A stretch of DNA of 64,000 bases from Acidimicrobiales bacterium (GCA_020629635.1 JAHDCX010000006.1:92012-156011), one strand, 5' to 3'; positions 36,039-44,648 are shown, counted from the stretch's first letter. The notes: generated by a model not told the origin, from the letters alone. Made by a program: numbers and translations.

Positions 36039-36988
36039 TGACTGTCCTCGTGATCATCGAACACGACCGGGGCAATGTGCCCGAAGCCGCATTCGAGGCG
36101 CTCACCGCCGCCCGCCAGTTCGGCCTGCCGGTCGAGGCTGCCGTCACCGGCGAAGGCGCTGCGGATGCCGCCGCGTCGCTTGGGGCCTACGGTGCCGAGA
36201 CCATTCATCACGCCACGGCCGACGCCGTCGGCGATTACAGCCCCGAAGCCTGGGGTCAGGCGCTGGCCGGGGTGGTCGAGGCGACGTCGCCGTCGATCGT
36301 GCTGTCGGTGGGCACCGACCGGGGCAACGAACTGATGGCCCAGATCGCCGCACGCATGGATCTGCCGTTCGTCGCCAACTGTGTGGAGGTGTCCGACGAC
36401 GCGTCGTCGATGACCCGTTCGCAATGGGGTGGCGCGCTCCACGAGGAGACGACCCTCGACGCCGACACCAAGCTGCTGTCCTTCGCCCCGCACGCCGTGG
36501 AGGCCACCGAGTCTGCTGCGGTCGGCACCGTGGTCGATGTGGCCGTCGACGTCGACGAGAGCCTTGCCCGCACGATGATCAAGGACCGTGTCGTGCTGAG
36601 CGAAGGCATCACGCTTTCGACCGCGCCCGTCGTGGTGTCTGGCGGCCGTGCCGTCGGATCCGAAGAAGCCTTCGCCCCGCTCGAAGAGCTCGCTGGCGAG
36701 CTCGGCGGCAAGGTGGGGTGCAGCCGTGCGGTGACCAACAACGGTTGGCGTCCGCACAGCGATCAGGTCGGCCAGACGGGCACCCGGATCGCGCCGACGA
36801 TCTACATCGCGTCGGGCATCTCCGGGGCCACCCAGCACTGGGTGGGCGCCATGGGCTCGAAGAACATCCTGGCGATCAACACCGACCCCGAAGCCAACAT
36901 GGTCGTCAAAGCTGGCTGGGCCGTCCTCGGCGACCTCCACGAAGTCATCCCCGCCATCACCGAAGAAGTCCGCAAGCGCAAGGGCTGA
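36038..36988 (+). CDS. etfA: Electron transfer flavoprotein alpha subunit
   Basis: Start overlaps the etfB stop (TGATG). FAD-binding C-terminal motif YIASGISGATQHWVGA. Confidence 0.9.
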   Translation: MTVLVIIEHDRGNVPEAAFEALTAARQFGLPVEAAVTGEGAADAAASLGAYGAETIHHATADAVGDYSPEAWGQALAGVVEATSPSIVLSVGTDRGNELMAQIAARMDLPFVANCVEVSDDASSMTRSQWGGALHEETTLDADTKLLSFAPHAVEATESAAVGTVVDVAVDVDESLARTMIKDRVVLSEGITLSTAPVVVSGGRAVGSEEAFAPLEELAGELGGKVGCSRAVTNNGWRPHSDQVGQTGTRIAPTIYIASGISGATQHWVGAMGSKNILAINTDPEANMVVKAGWAVLGDLHEVIPAITEEVRKRKG

Positions 36989-37040
36989 CCTTCGGTTACT
37001 TGCCCGAAGGCCGCAGGTTCAAATCCTGCTCCCGCCACCA
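36989..37040 (+). other. Orphan tRNA 3' fragment (long hairpin + T-arm + acceptor 3' strand + CCA); likely att-site remnant
   Basis: GCAGG-TTCAAAT-CCTGC T-arm (37013-37029), TCCCGCC-A-CCA (37030-37040). It is preceded by a 7-bp hairpin (36989-37010) that could be a class-II variable arm. There is no matching 5' acceptor strand (GGCGGGA) upstream, because the etfA stop abuts it directly. Confidence 0.5.
37026..37040. repeat. 15-bp target-site duplication, left copy (CTGCTCCCGCCACCA)
   Basis: Identical 15-mer at 38324-38338, immediately flanking the IS ends. Confidence 0.8.
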
Positions 37041-38323
37041 TGTGATGTCTCAGGACATCGGAAACCCTCGAACCCCCGGGTTCGGGGGTTTCTCATGTTT
37101 TGAAGCGGGGTTGGTAGCCGACGTCGGGGTTGAGGGTGAGGTGTCGGATGAGCTCTCCGGTGGCCTTGTTGACGACTCGGATATCGAGGTTGTCGATGAT
37201 GAGTATGACGGGTGTTTGTTTGAGCGAACGTCCGAGGCTGATGTGGTGCATTCGGCCGGCGCGGCGGAGGGAGACGGCGCCGGTTTTGTCGACGCGGTCG
37301 TGGCGGATCCGGTAGTGGTTTCCGGCGCCGTTGTTGCCGGGTTGGTCTTTGGGGAGTCGCTGGTAGGCGACGGCGGGTGGGACTTTCCCGATGGCGGTGT
37401 GAGCACGCCGGTGGTTGTAGAGGTGGACGAACTCGTCAAGAAGGGTTTGGAGTTCGGCGAGGGTTTTGGCGGGTGGTCGGGCGGTGGTCCATCTCTTGAG
37501 GGTTTGTTGGAAGCGTTCGACTTTGCCGGTTGTGGTGGGATGGTTCGGCCGGGTGTGTTTGTGGGTGATGCCGAGGTCGGCGAGGCGGGTTTCGAGTTGG
37601 TTGCGGCCGCCTGGGTAGCCGGCGAAGCGGACCGTGTAGACGAGGCCGTTGTCGGTGAGCACCGATGCTGGAAACCCGTGTGTCTCAGCGGTTTTGTTGA
37701 AGGTGTCGCGGACGATGTCACCGGTGACACGACGGTGGGCTGATACGTGGAGGGCGTATCTGGAGTGGTCGTCGAGCCAGGTGATGGTTTCGGTGTCGGT
37801 GCCGTCAGCGAGCCAGATGTGGGTGAAGTCTGATTGCCAGGTTTCGTTCGGCAGCGCTGCTTCAAAGCGGATGTAGGACGACTTGGGCCGCTTCTTGGGT
37901 GCGGGTTCGACCAGTCCGGCAGCGATGAGTCGACGGCGGATCGTGGACACCGACACTGCGATCCCATGAGTGTTTTGGAGGTGCCATTGGATCGTGATCG
38001 GCCCGGCGTCCAACCCGTCGGCGGTGAGTTGTTCGCGCAGGTTCACGATGTGATCGGTTACGACATCGGGAACCTGATTCGGCGACGTCTGTGGGCGCCG
38101 CGACCGGGGTTCATACGCGGCGTCGCCGTCCGCCCGATAGCGGGCCATCAGTTTCGAGACCCAGCTGCGAGACACCCCGAACCGTCTCGCCGCTTCAGCC
38201 TGCGAGATCCTCTCCACCGTGACCGCTGTGATGATCGCTCGAGCCTTCGACATCACCCACGATGCCAACCCACTTGTTTCCTATGTCCTGAACAACCTGT
38301 TTCCGATGTCCTGAACCACAACA
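37041..38323 (-). mobile_element. IS481-family insertion sequence (1,283 bp)
   Basis: Ends begin TGT. Imperfect 25-bp inverted repeats match 21/25 (TGTGATGTCTCAGGACATCGGAAAC vs TGTTGTGGTTCAGGACATCGGAAAC). Single DDE transposase ORF. 15-bp direct repeats flank the element. Confidence 0.85.
37093..38268 (-). CDS. IS481-family DDE transposase (rve integrase core)
   Basis: N-terminal HTH (ISQAEAARRFGVSRSWVSKL). ETWQSDFTHI (D), VLTDNGLVYT (D), TTGKVERFQQTLK (E). Confidence 0.9.
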   Translation of the reverse strand: MASWVMSKARAIITAVTVERISQAEAARRFGVSRSWVSKLMARYRADGDAAYEPRSRRPQTSPNQVPDVVTDHIVNLREQLTADGLDAGPITIQWHLQNTHGIAVSVSTIRRRLIAAGLVEPAPKKRPKSSYIRFEAALPNETWQSDFTHIWLADGTDTETITWLDDHSRYALHVSAHRRVTGDIVRDTFNKTAETHGFPASVLTDNGLVYTVRFAGYPGGRNQLETRLADLGITHKHTRPNHPTTTGKVERFQQTLKRWTTARPPAKTLAELQTLLDEFVHLYNHRRAHTAIGKVPPAVAYQRLPKDQPGNNGAGNHYRIRHDRVDKTGAVSLRRAGRMHHISLGRSLKQTPVILIIDNLDIRVVNKATGELIRHLTLNPDVGYQPRFKT

Positions 38324-38338
38324 CTGCTCCCGCCACCA
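38324..38338. repeat. 15-bp target-site duplication, right copy (CTGCTCCCGCCACCA)
   Basis: See left copy at 37026-37040. Confidence 0.8.
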
Positions 38339-38345
38339 AGCGAAA

Positions 38346-38373
38346 GGCCCGGAAACTCAACAGTTTCCGGTCC
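38346..38373. terminator. Hairpin CCGGAAAC-TCAACA-GTTTCCGG with T-rich flanks on both strands (bidirectional terminator)
   Basis: 8-bp perfect stem at 38349-38356/38363-38370. Followed by CCTTGTCGTTGT on the plus strand and by TTTCGCTT on the minus strand, downstream of the TIR gene. Confidence 0.5.
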
Positions 38374-38431
38374 TTGTCGTTGTCTGGTGCCGGACGGCGA
38401 TGTACCAGGACGGGACCATGCCAAACCGGTG

Positions 38432-39550
38432 TCAAACCTCCGGTCCTGGTCGGGGACGGCTCAACACCCGAGCGATTTCGTCAGCAGCACCGGCAGAGTC
38501 CTCAAACCAGTCGATCGATTGGATGTCCCGAAGCGTCTCTCCCGCGCCGATGTCGAGATCGGGGATCGTGCAGTCGTTCAAGCGGACGGGTATGAACCAC
38601 GGCTGGTTGTGCGGACGCTGCCTGATCTCCTCGACTGCAACTGTCAGCTCCTCGTAGACGTAAGACCTGTCGCGTTTCTCAAGCTCTTTGGAGAAGCAGG
38701 CGATGAAGCCGCCCCCCGTCGAGATTGCTTGCCTAATCTCTCGTTTCCAACGACTTCCGGCCTCCAGTTGCTCACGGTCAATCCAGGTTTCGAGTCCCGC
38801 CTTCTTGAGGTCGTCCTTGAGCCGACCGACTTCGCCAGAGTTTTCGTGGACGTAGCTCAAGAAGGTGGGCGGCTTCATTGGGGTCCTGTCTTCGAGGCGT
38901 GCAAGCCGGGTCACCGCAGCTCGTTCGGGCTTGGCACTCGAAGTTGGTGCTTTGAAGCTGGGAAGCCCGAGGTTGTCTTTCTCGGCTTGGGCCGAGGCTT
39001 GCTTGGCCTGGATCGCCACGAGTCGTGATCGGACTGTCGTCTCAACGCCCTCGTTCCAAGTGGCCAGCTCAGTGTTGGACTTGGCGATGAGTTCGCGGAT
39101 AGCGACCACGCGGCGGTCGAGCTCTTCCTTTGTGTTTGGGGCCATGTCTAAGCGAAATGTGATTGCGTTCGCTCGTTTGTCGTATGACGTCCCGTTCACA
39201 TCGGGACCACCACCACCGCCCGGTCGGGCCACCAACAGAGCTGGATCGCCCTTCAGCACGGGGAGAAAGATATCGACAGTCTCGATGTCGTGGAAATGGC
39301 CCCGTGAATCGCCACATCGAAATCTGGTGCAGGGCACCCTGAGGCGGGCGGGCCCATCTGCCCGTGCAGGTTCGCCCACTAGGATCTCGGACTGTTGAAG
39401 CTCCGCAGTAACGGCGGCGACTCGATCAGCCAGTTCGTCCTGGGTGATGTCAGTTTCGGCCTTGATCGCGTTCTCAAGACGCCCACACAATAGGTCCCTG
39501 AGCAGGACTCTGGCGCCGGGCTTCGACCAATCGTATTCGAGAATCTCCAC
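38432..39550 (-). CDS. TIR-domain protein with unknown N-terminal domain of about 230 aa
   Basis: C-terminal TIR pattern: TFLSYVHENSGEVGRLKDDLKKAGLETWIDREQLEAGSRWKREIRQAISTGGGFIACFSKE...SYVYEELTVA. GTG start at 39550, 9 nt after the integrase stop. Confidence 0.8.
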   Translation of the reverse strand: MEILEYDWSKPGARVLLRDLLCGRLENAIKAETDITQDELADRVAAVTAELQQSEILVGEPARADGPARLRVPCTRFRCGDSRGHFHDIETVDIFLPVLKGDPALLVARPGGGGGPDVNGTSYDKRANAITFRLDMAPNTKEELDRRVVAIRELIAKSNTELATWNEGVETTVRSRLVAIQAKQASAQAEKDNLGLPSFKAPTSSAKPERAAVTRLARLEDRTPMKPPTFLSYVHENSGEVGRLKDDLKKAGLETWIDREQLEAGSRWKREIRQAISTGGGFIACFSKELEKRDRSYVYEELTVAVEEIRQRPHNQPWFIPVRLNDCTIPDLDIGAGETLRDIQSIDWFEDSAGAADEIARVLSRPRPGPEV

Positions 39551-39559
39551 CCAGGGAGT

Positions 39560-40688
39560 CTACGGGTCCTGCCTGTTCGCACTTACCAGATTGGCCACCG
39601 CGAGCGCTGCGTCGGCCTGCATTCCCGGGATCACCTTCGGCGGCACGCCAGCCGGCAGCGCGATCGTGGCGTGGGTGTGTCGGAGGTCGTGAAGTCGAAT
39701 CTTCGGTAGCTCGCTCCTCGCGATCAGCCGCTCGAACGCCTGGGTGTATGTCTGCGGGTGAAGCGGTTGGCCGTCCTCTTTGCAGAACACGAGGTCGCCG
39801 TCTTGGTAGTCCGAACCCCACTCGGTTCGCTCGTCCAGCTGGCGCCGCCGATGTCCTCGGAGGTGTTCGATCGTTCTCGGGTCGAGATCGATCACCCGGG
39901 CCTGATGGTTCTTGGGTCTCGACCCCACGAGTTCGTAGGCGACTGACACGAGCGCCTGCCGCACATGGATCCGTCCTGAGCCGAGGTCAACGTCGGCCCA
40001 CCGAAGGCCAAGCACCTCGCCACGGCGCATGCCGGTGATTGCGGATACGTGCCAGGCCGTCTCGAGGCGGTGTCCTTCGACGAGGCGTAGGAAGCAGCGC
40101 AGCTGTTCGGGTGTCCAGAACCGATAGTTCTGCTGTCGCACGCGCTCGCGGCCGGGGCGGCTTCGCCCGCTCCGCAACGTTGGTTTCGACCAGCCCGGCA
40201 TCAAATGCGTCCGCAAGTGCCTTGTGCAACATCGTGTGGATGTACCTACCGCACGGCCTCGCGCTGAGCCCGCCCGGCCCGTTGCGACGACCGTTGGTCC
40301 ACAGCTCCGCGTAGAGCGAGTTCAGCTGGCCGGGCCCGATGTCACGGATGCTTCGGCCACCGAGCGCTGGAAGCACGTGATGGCCCATGTTCCGGCGGTA
40401 CGACTCGAACGTGCTGGGCTTCACCTGCGTCTCAACGGTCGGTAGCCACTGGTCCTCGACCCACTCCCGAATCGTCAGTTTCGTCGGCTCGGTGTATGTG
40501 CCGTCGTGCAGGTCGCCGACGATCTTCGTTCGAGCGCCCTCCGCCTCCTTGCGGGTGAGGAAACCGCCATGTCACTTCTGGCGACGTTTGCCGTTCGCGT
40601 CTCGGCCAAGATCGACGACGACGTACCAATTGACAGTCTCCTTGCCGGCCTTCGTGGTGTGGGTGCGCTTGCGGATGTGCCCCTGCAT
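39560..40688 (-). pseudogene. Tyrosine recombinase (phage-type integrase) pseudogene
   Basis: N-terminus MQGHIRKRTHTTKAGKETVNWYVVVDLG...RRQK then in-frame TGA at 40572-40574 where W is expected. Frameshift near 40140-40160 between ...AERAKPPRP and ...RFWTPEQL. The C-terminus jumps from HDLRHTHATIALPAGVPPKV directly to IPGMQADAA, so the segment with the catalytic His/Tyr is deleted. Confidence 0.8.
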
Positions 40689-40698
40689 GCGTGCCGCC

Positions 40699-40907
40699 TC
40701 ATGCGGCCGGCGTCGAAACGCCGAGCCACTCCAGCAACGCCGGAACGGGAACGATCACGCGCCGACCGAGCTTCCGGCAGGGGATCTCGCCGCGCCGGGC
40801 GGCTGTGCGCCCAAGACCGAGCAGCGATGCGACTTCCTCTGCGGAGAGGTGAGTCGGGTCTCGATGTCGTCGAGGCCAAGCGGGTATGAGCGCGTACGCT
40901 CGTTCAT
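40699..40907 (-). pseudogene. Excisionase-family (MerR-like HTH) gene, apparently frameshifted
   Basis: ATG 40907 opens MNERTRSYPLGLDDIETRL. The typical Xis HTH (LSAEEVASLLGLGRTAARRGEIPCRKLGRRVIVPVPALLEWL) continues in another frame and stops at 40699-40701. Confidence 0.45.
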
Positions 40908-41035
40908 GTCGGAACCTCTTATGAGGGTTCTGGCCAGGCCCCGGGGGTGTTGGCGCACCGCCGGGGCCACTTATTGTCGACGGAAAAGACTACCGATAGG
41001 CGAGACGTTGTCAACGTGTATAGACTCAATTCATC

Positions 41036-41242
41036 ATGGGAAGACTGGTCGACCTTGACGATTTGATTGACGTCGGTGAAGTTGCCGAGATCCTCGGCCT
41101 GGCGCACAAGAACAGCGTCACCACGTACATGCGTCGATACGACGACTTCCCGGAGCCAGCGATCGAATTCGCGGACGGCAAGTGCCGGACCTGGTTGCGG
41201 CAAGACGTTGAAGGCTGGCGTGCTACGCGTGAGGACGGCTAG
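41036..41242 (+). CDS. Small HTH DNA-binding protein (AlpA/excisionase-like)
   Basis: 68 aa. IDVGEVAEILGLAHKNSVTTYMRRYDDFPEP...WLRQDVEGW. Confidence 0.6.
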   Translation: MGRLVDLDDLIDVGEVAEILGLAHKNSVTTYMRRYDDFPEPAIEFADGKCRTWLRQDVEGWRATREDG

Positions 41243-41291
41243 TGGATTTGGTCAGATCCAAACAACGCGTCGCAGACCACGTCGAGGCACG

Positions 41292-42116
41292 GTGCGAGTG
41301 ATTTCGAGAACGACACGGTCGTTCAAGAGGTGTTCGGCGACGAGATTGCCTAGCCCTGGCTTCCGAGCCGCCACCGTTTCGGAGCTCGCCCGGAGTCGGC
41401 TGGCAGACTACATCGACGTCGCAGCTTCGAGGTTGAAGAGAGCCTCAAAGCGGCTCAGACCCCAAGTGGCCCGCTCGGCCGAAAGGTCCCAGGAGTTTTG
41501 GGAGTCGCTGATCCCCAGGATCAAGGACGACGTCGTCTACCTCCACTCGACTCGGCATAGGTTCGAATTGCTTGTCGAGGCCGCCAGAAATCCTGAGATC
41601 CCCGAGCCAAACCACGTCATGGAGTACGTAGCGGGCCTCTACGCGAACACGGTGCTCGTGGGGTTGCGCCGACAGGCGGACAAAGATGATCGAACAGCGA
41701 GTCTCCGAGTGCTCCTCCGAGACCTGCGACAGCATCCCAAACATGCGACGCGTGATTGGTACGTCGCAAAGTATCCGGCACACCTCGAGGACATGGCGAA
41801 CAGCACCTTCGATAGGTTCACTACAGAAGTCGGAGACCAGTACATCAGCCGCAAAGAAGTGGAGCAGGACCTAGCGCGACTTGGGTCGGTGACGAAAAAG
41901 CTGACCCACGTGGTGAACAACCAGATCGCACATCTCAATCAGGCTCCCGAAGGGGGTGAGGCCACGTTTGCGGATGTATCGGCTGCGCTGAAGGCATACG
42001 AAGATCTCGTGCAGCGCTACTTCTTGCTCGTCGACGGCGCAGCGCTCACAGACGCGACGCCAACGCTGCAGTTCGATTTCCTGCGACCGCTGCAAGTGCC
42101 GTGGGTCGAGCGCTAG
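41292..42116 (+). CDS. Hypothetical helical protein, possibly AbiU2-type HEPN-like
   Basis: Codon-plausible part of ORF 41067..42116. No ATG, so a GTG start at 41292/41298 is assumed. C-terminal ...KKLTHVVNNQIAHLN resembles the xxxAH end of HEPN Rx4-6H motifs, but the Arg is missing. Confidence 0.4.
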   Translation: MRVISRTTRSFKRCSATRLPSPGFRAATVSELARSRLADYIDVAASRLKRASKRLRPQVARSAERSQEFWESLIPRIKDDVVYLHSTRHRFELLVEAARNPEIPEPNHVMEYVAGLYANTVLVGLRRQADKDDRTASLRVLLRDLRQHPKHATRDWYVAKYPAHLEDMANSTFDRFTTEVGDQYISRKEVEQDLARLGSVTKKLTHVVNNQIAHLNQAPEGGEATFADVSAALKAYEDLVQRYFLLVDGAALTDATPTLQFDFLRPLQVPWVER

Positions 42117-42426
42117 CCCGGAGGTGTCAAACCTGTGTCAAGCGAACCGAGTGCAACCGACGAGCCTTTCCCGTAAGGGTCCGTACGGGAGGCCTGTGAA
42201 AACCGCACGATTCCGGTGGTTCCCGAAGGCTTTGGCACCCACCCGGACCACCGTACGTAACTCATAAACCGAAGGTCGCCGGGAGCGTCGGTAGGACGTG
42301 AGCGACGCGCAATGCGACAACTTCCATCACCCGCCAACCCAGCTCGACGCCGGCTCGATATCGAACGCCACCGTCGGATCAGATACAACGGCGATCACAG
42401 AGTCATCAACTTGACGGGAGCCAGGG

Positions 42427-43023
42427 GTGTCGCGGTTGGATCTAAAGGCTTGTCTCGAAAGAGGCACACGTCATTTCTTGGAGGCGTGGTACGGAGTTGA
42501 CCTGCTCGGAGCTGACGCTCGGTGGGGCTCACAGCCAAAGCCCTTGCGCGAATGGTGGGGCTGGCAAGAGGCATCCGACGTGGCGTTCATCCACCAGAAC
42601 CATCTGCTGAGCGAGCTTCGCAGCCGAGATCAGTTCACAGTCTTCTACGTCGAAAACCAGGCTGTCGTGCAGTGGGCGTATGAAACTGCTAGCGATGACC
42701 CCGACCCGGAGGTCTTTGAGCGGACCAATGCCGACCAGTCGGCTTGGGAACCCCTGGGTATGCCGATGTCCCAGTTCTTGCTCCTGATCGCCTGTTTCGA
42801 AGCGGCCATCGGCGCGGAGCACGCGCTATGGGTCAACGACCCGACTGCAGAGCACGTCGACCTGTTGACCGACGGTCTTGCGCTGGCCGACGGAGCAGCT
42901 TTCTGGGAGATGCAGGTCTATGTCGGCGACGAGGCAGTCCTTACGCTCCACTCCAACACCGTCGCGATCTATTCCTCACCGGATCCCTCAGTGATCGAAG
43001 GTAAACGAGACAGCCTGTCGTAG
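42427..43023 (+). CDS. Hypothetical protein (Trp-rich, possibly SMI1/KNR4 (SUKH)-like)
   Basis: GTG start. 198 aa. No catalytic motif recognised. Lower-GC codon usage. Confidence 0.4.
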   Translation: MSRLDLKACLERGTRHFLEAWYGVDLLGADARWGSQPKPLREWWGWQEASDVAFIHQNHLLSELRSRDQFTVFYVENQAVVQWAYETASDDPDPEVFERTNADQSAWEPLGMPMSQFLLLIACFEAAIGAEHALWVNDPTAEHVDLLTDGLALADGAAFWEMQVYVGDEAVLTLHSNTVAIYSSPDPSVIEGKRDSLS

Positions 43024-43271
43024 GCGCCGGCTTGCCCAGTGATTGCGTTGCTAGAGCACCGGTGGAGGATCGTTGTCAGCCCGCTGATGGCGGGTGGCCA
43101 GCCCCGAAGTAACGGCACTTGCTCGAGTAGGGAGTTGACCTGATTGCCTGTCTCGCTCAGTGAGTGATCGCTACAGATTTGTGGCTCTTCCGGGGTTGTT
43201 CGAGCCGACCGTCGATGCCTGGCGAGGGGTAGATCGCTGAGGGTCGGCGGGAGGTAGGGGTGTGAGGACCG

Positions 43272-44648
43272 TTAGTCGAGGCTCACTCGCCATCTTCCGT
43301 CAGGGGCGCCTTTGCTTGGTATCGCTGGCGGTGAGAGAAGGGGAACCGACGGCAGCTCTTCTGTGGCTACCTCGGGGGCCCGCTCGCGTCGACGTGGAGC
43401 GCGGGCTTGGTAGGCGACCAGGTCCTGCAAGACGTCTCCGTAGAAGGACTCGATCGCGTCCACGACAGATTGGGAGAATCCAGGCTTCTTCCCCGCCTTG
43501 CGGTTTTGACCCATCTCACTTCGCGCCACAAGTCGGAACTTCACGGGGTCCCTCTTTTGATCGCTCAGGAGCACGGCTGGATCAGTGCGCACCGCTTCGA
43601 GGGTGGCAGCCGATCCGCTGCGAGCATTCTTCGGAAAGGCCTCGACAACAAGACCGGCTGGCGCGTCCTTGAGCTGTCGGGTGAGCCATCCGATCCTTCC
43701 CTTCGCACCCTTGTCTCCCGGTGCCTCGAATGAGGTGGACACCAAGATCTGTCGAGCCTTCAGGTCGACATCGATCTCGAGATCCGAAATGGTGTCGGGG
43801 ATTCGGAGCGCTCCGCTGAGTTTGCCCTCGATAGCAAGCTCCTCTACGAACGATTTCGTCCGAAGTGAGGGATCAGCGACATGCGCTCGAGGGACGACTT
43901 CCTGTACGTCTTCGCCGATGTCAGATCCCAGCTTCAAGCTTGCGTAGCCAAGGAGCTGGTCCCAGCGTTGCGCGATATCGACCACTGCATCGTCACGCTT
44001 GTTCAGCGTGCCGTTGCGTCCGCCATCCCGAACCTCCACCCAGTTCTCACCCATGTCGTCGAAGCCCACTGCACCGGATGCGGGATGCTCGAGGTAACGG
44101 ATGAGCTCGCCAAGGATCCATGTTTGCTCTGGGTCATCGATCCCACGGTGCACCTTTTCCATCACCGCCGTCGTCAGTACCCGAGTCCAGCTGATGTGAT
44201 GAAGCGCCACCTTCGAGTTGGCTCGCAGCTTCAGTCCCGAAGGATGTGCTCCCGGCGAGGCTGGAATCTCATTCGAGATACTGAGCACGCAGTCGTACCC
44301 ATTCTCCTTTGCCACATCGACATACCGCTCGAGCTGCTCCGAATCGAGCTTCGATGAACCAGACTTCACCTCAACAAGTCCCACCCACGGCTTTTGACTG
44401 CCGAACGTCACGCGAATCAATCCGTCAGGCCTGACAGTGGTTCCGGTCTTCAGCTTGAAGGTCGTTTCGATGAACGTCTCGACTGTGGCCTTGCCGGCCT
44501 TGCTTGCTCCGAGCGGCGCTAGCAGAGCTATCGAGAACGGCCGCACGACGGAGAGCACCGCCAGCAGCGCTGAAGTCGCTCGCTGCTCGGCTTCCCGGTC
44601 CCCTGAGATCCCTGCGACCGAGATCAAACGCGCTTCTTGCCAACTCAT
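43272..44648 (-). CDS. PD-(D/E)xK nuclease-fold protein with large C-terminal extension
   Basis: Start ATG 44648 (MSWQEARL). RPDGLIRV...WVGLVEVKSGSSKLDSEQLERYV fits the D...(D/E)xK core. About 300 aa of unknown C-terminal domain. Confidence 0.55.
   Translation of the reverse strand: MSWQEARLISVAGISGDREAEQRATSALLAVLSVVRPFSIALLAPLGASKAGKATVETFIETTFKLKTGTTVRPDGLIRVTFGSQKPWVGLVEVKSGSSKLDSEQLERYVDVAKENGYDCVLSISNEIPASPGAHPSGLKLRANSKVALHHISWTRVLTTAVMEKVHRGIDDPEQTWILGELIRYLEHPASGAVGFDDMGENWVEVRDGGRNGTLNKRDDAVVDIAQRWDQLLGYASLKLGSDIGEDVQEVVPRAHVADPSLRTKSFVEELAIEGKLSGALRIPDTISDLEIDVDLKARQILVSTSFEAPGDKGAKGRIGWLTRQLKDAPAGLVVEAFPKNARSGSAATLEAVRTDPAVLLSDQKRDPVKFRLVARSEMGQNRKAGKKPGFSQSVVDAIESFYGDVLQDLVAYQARAPRRRERAPEVATEELPSVPLLSPPAIPSKGAPDGRWRVSLD

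Noticed and set aside
38385-38460. Minus-strand sequence ending ...GGCACCA, considered as a possible tRNA 3' end
   Set aside because: There is no T-loop (GTTCRANYC) or cloverleaf. The region is better explained as the 3' UTR of the TIR gene.
42330-42350. CACCCGCCAACC as a possible second att copy of the tRNA 3' end (TCCCGCCACCA)
   Set aside because: Only about 7 nt match and there is no T-arm context. This is insufficient to define an island boundary.
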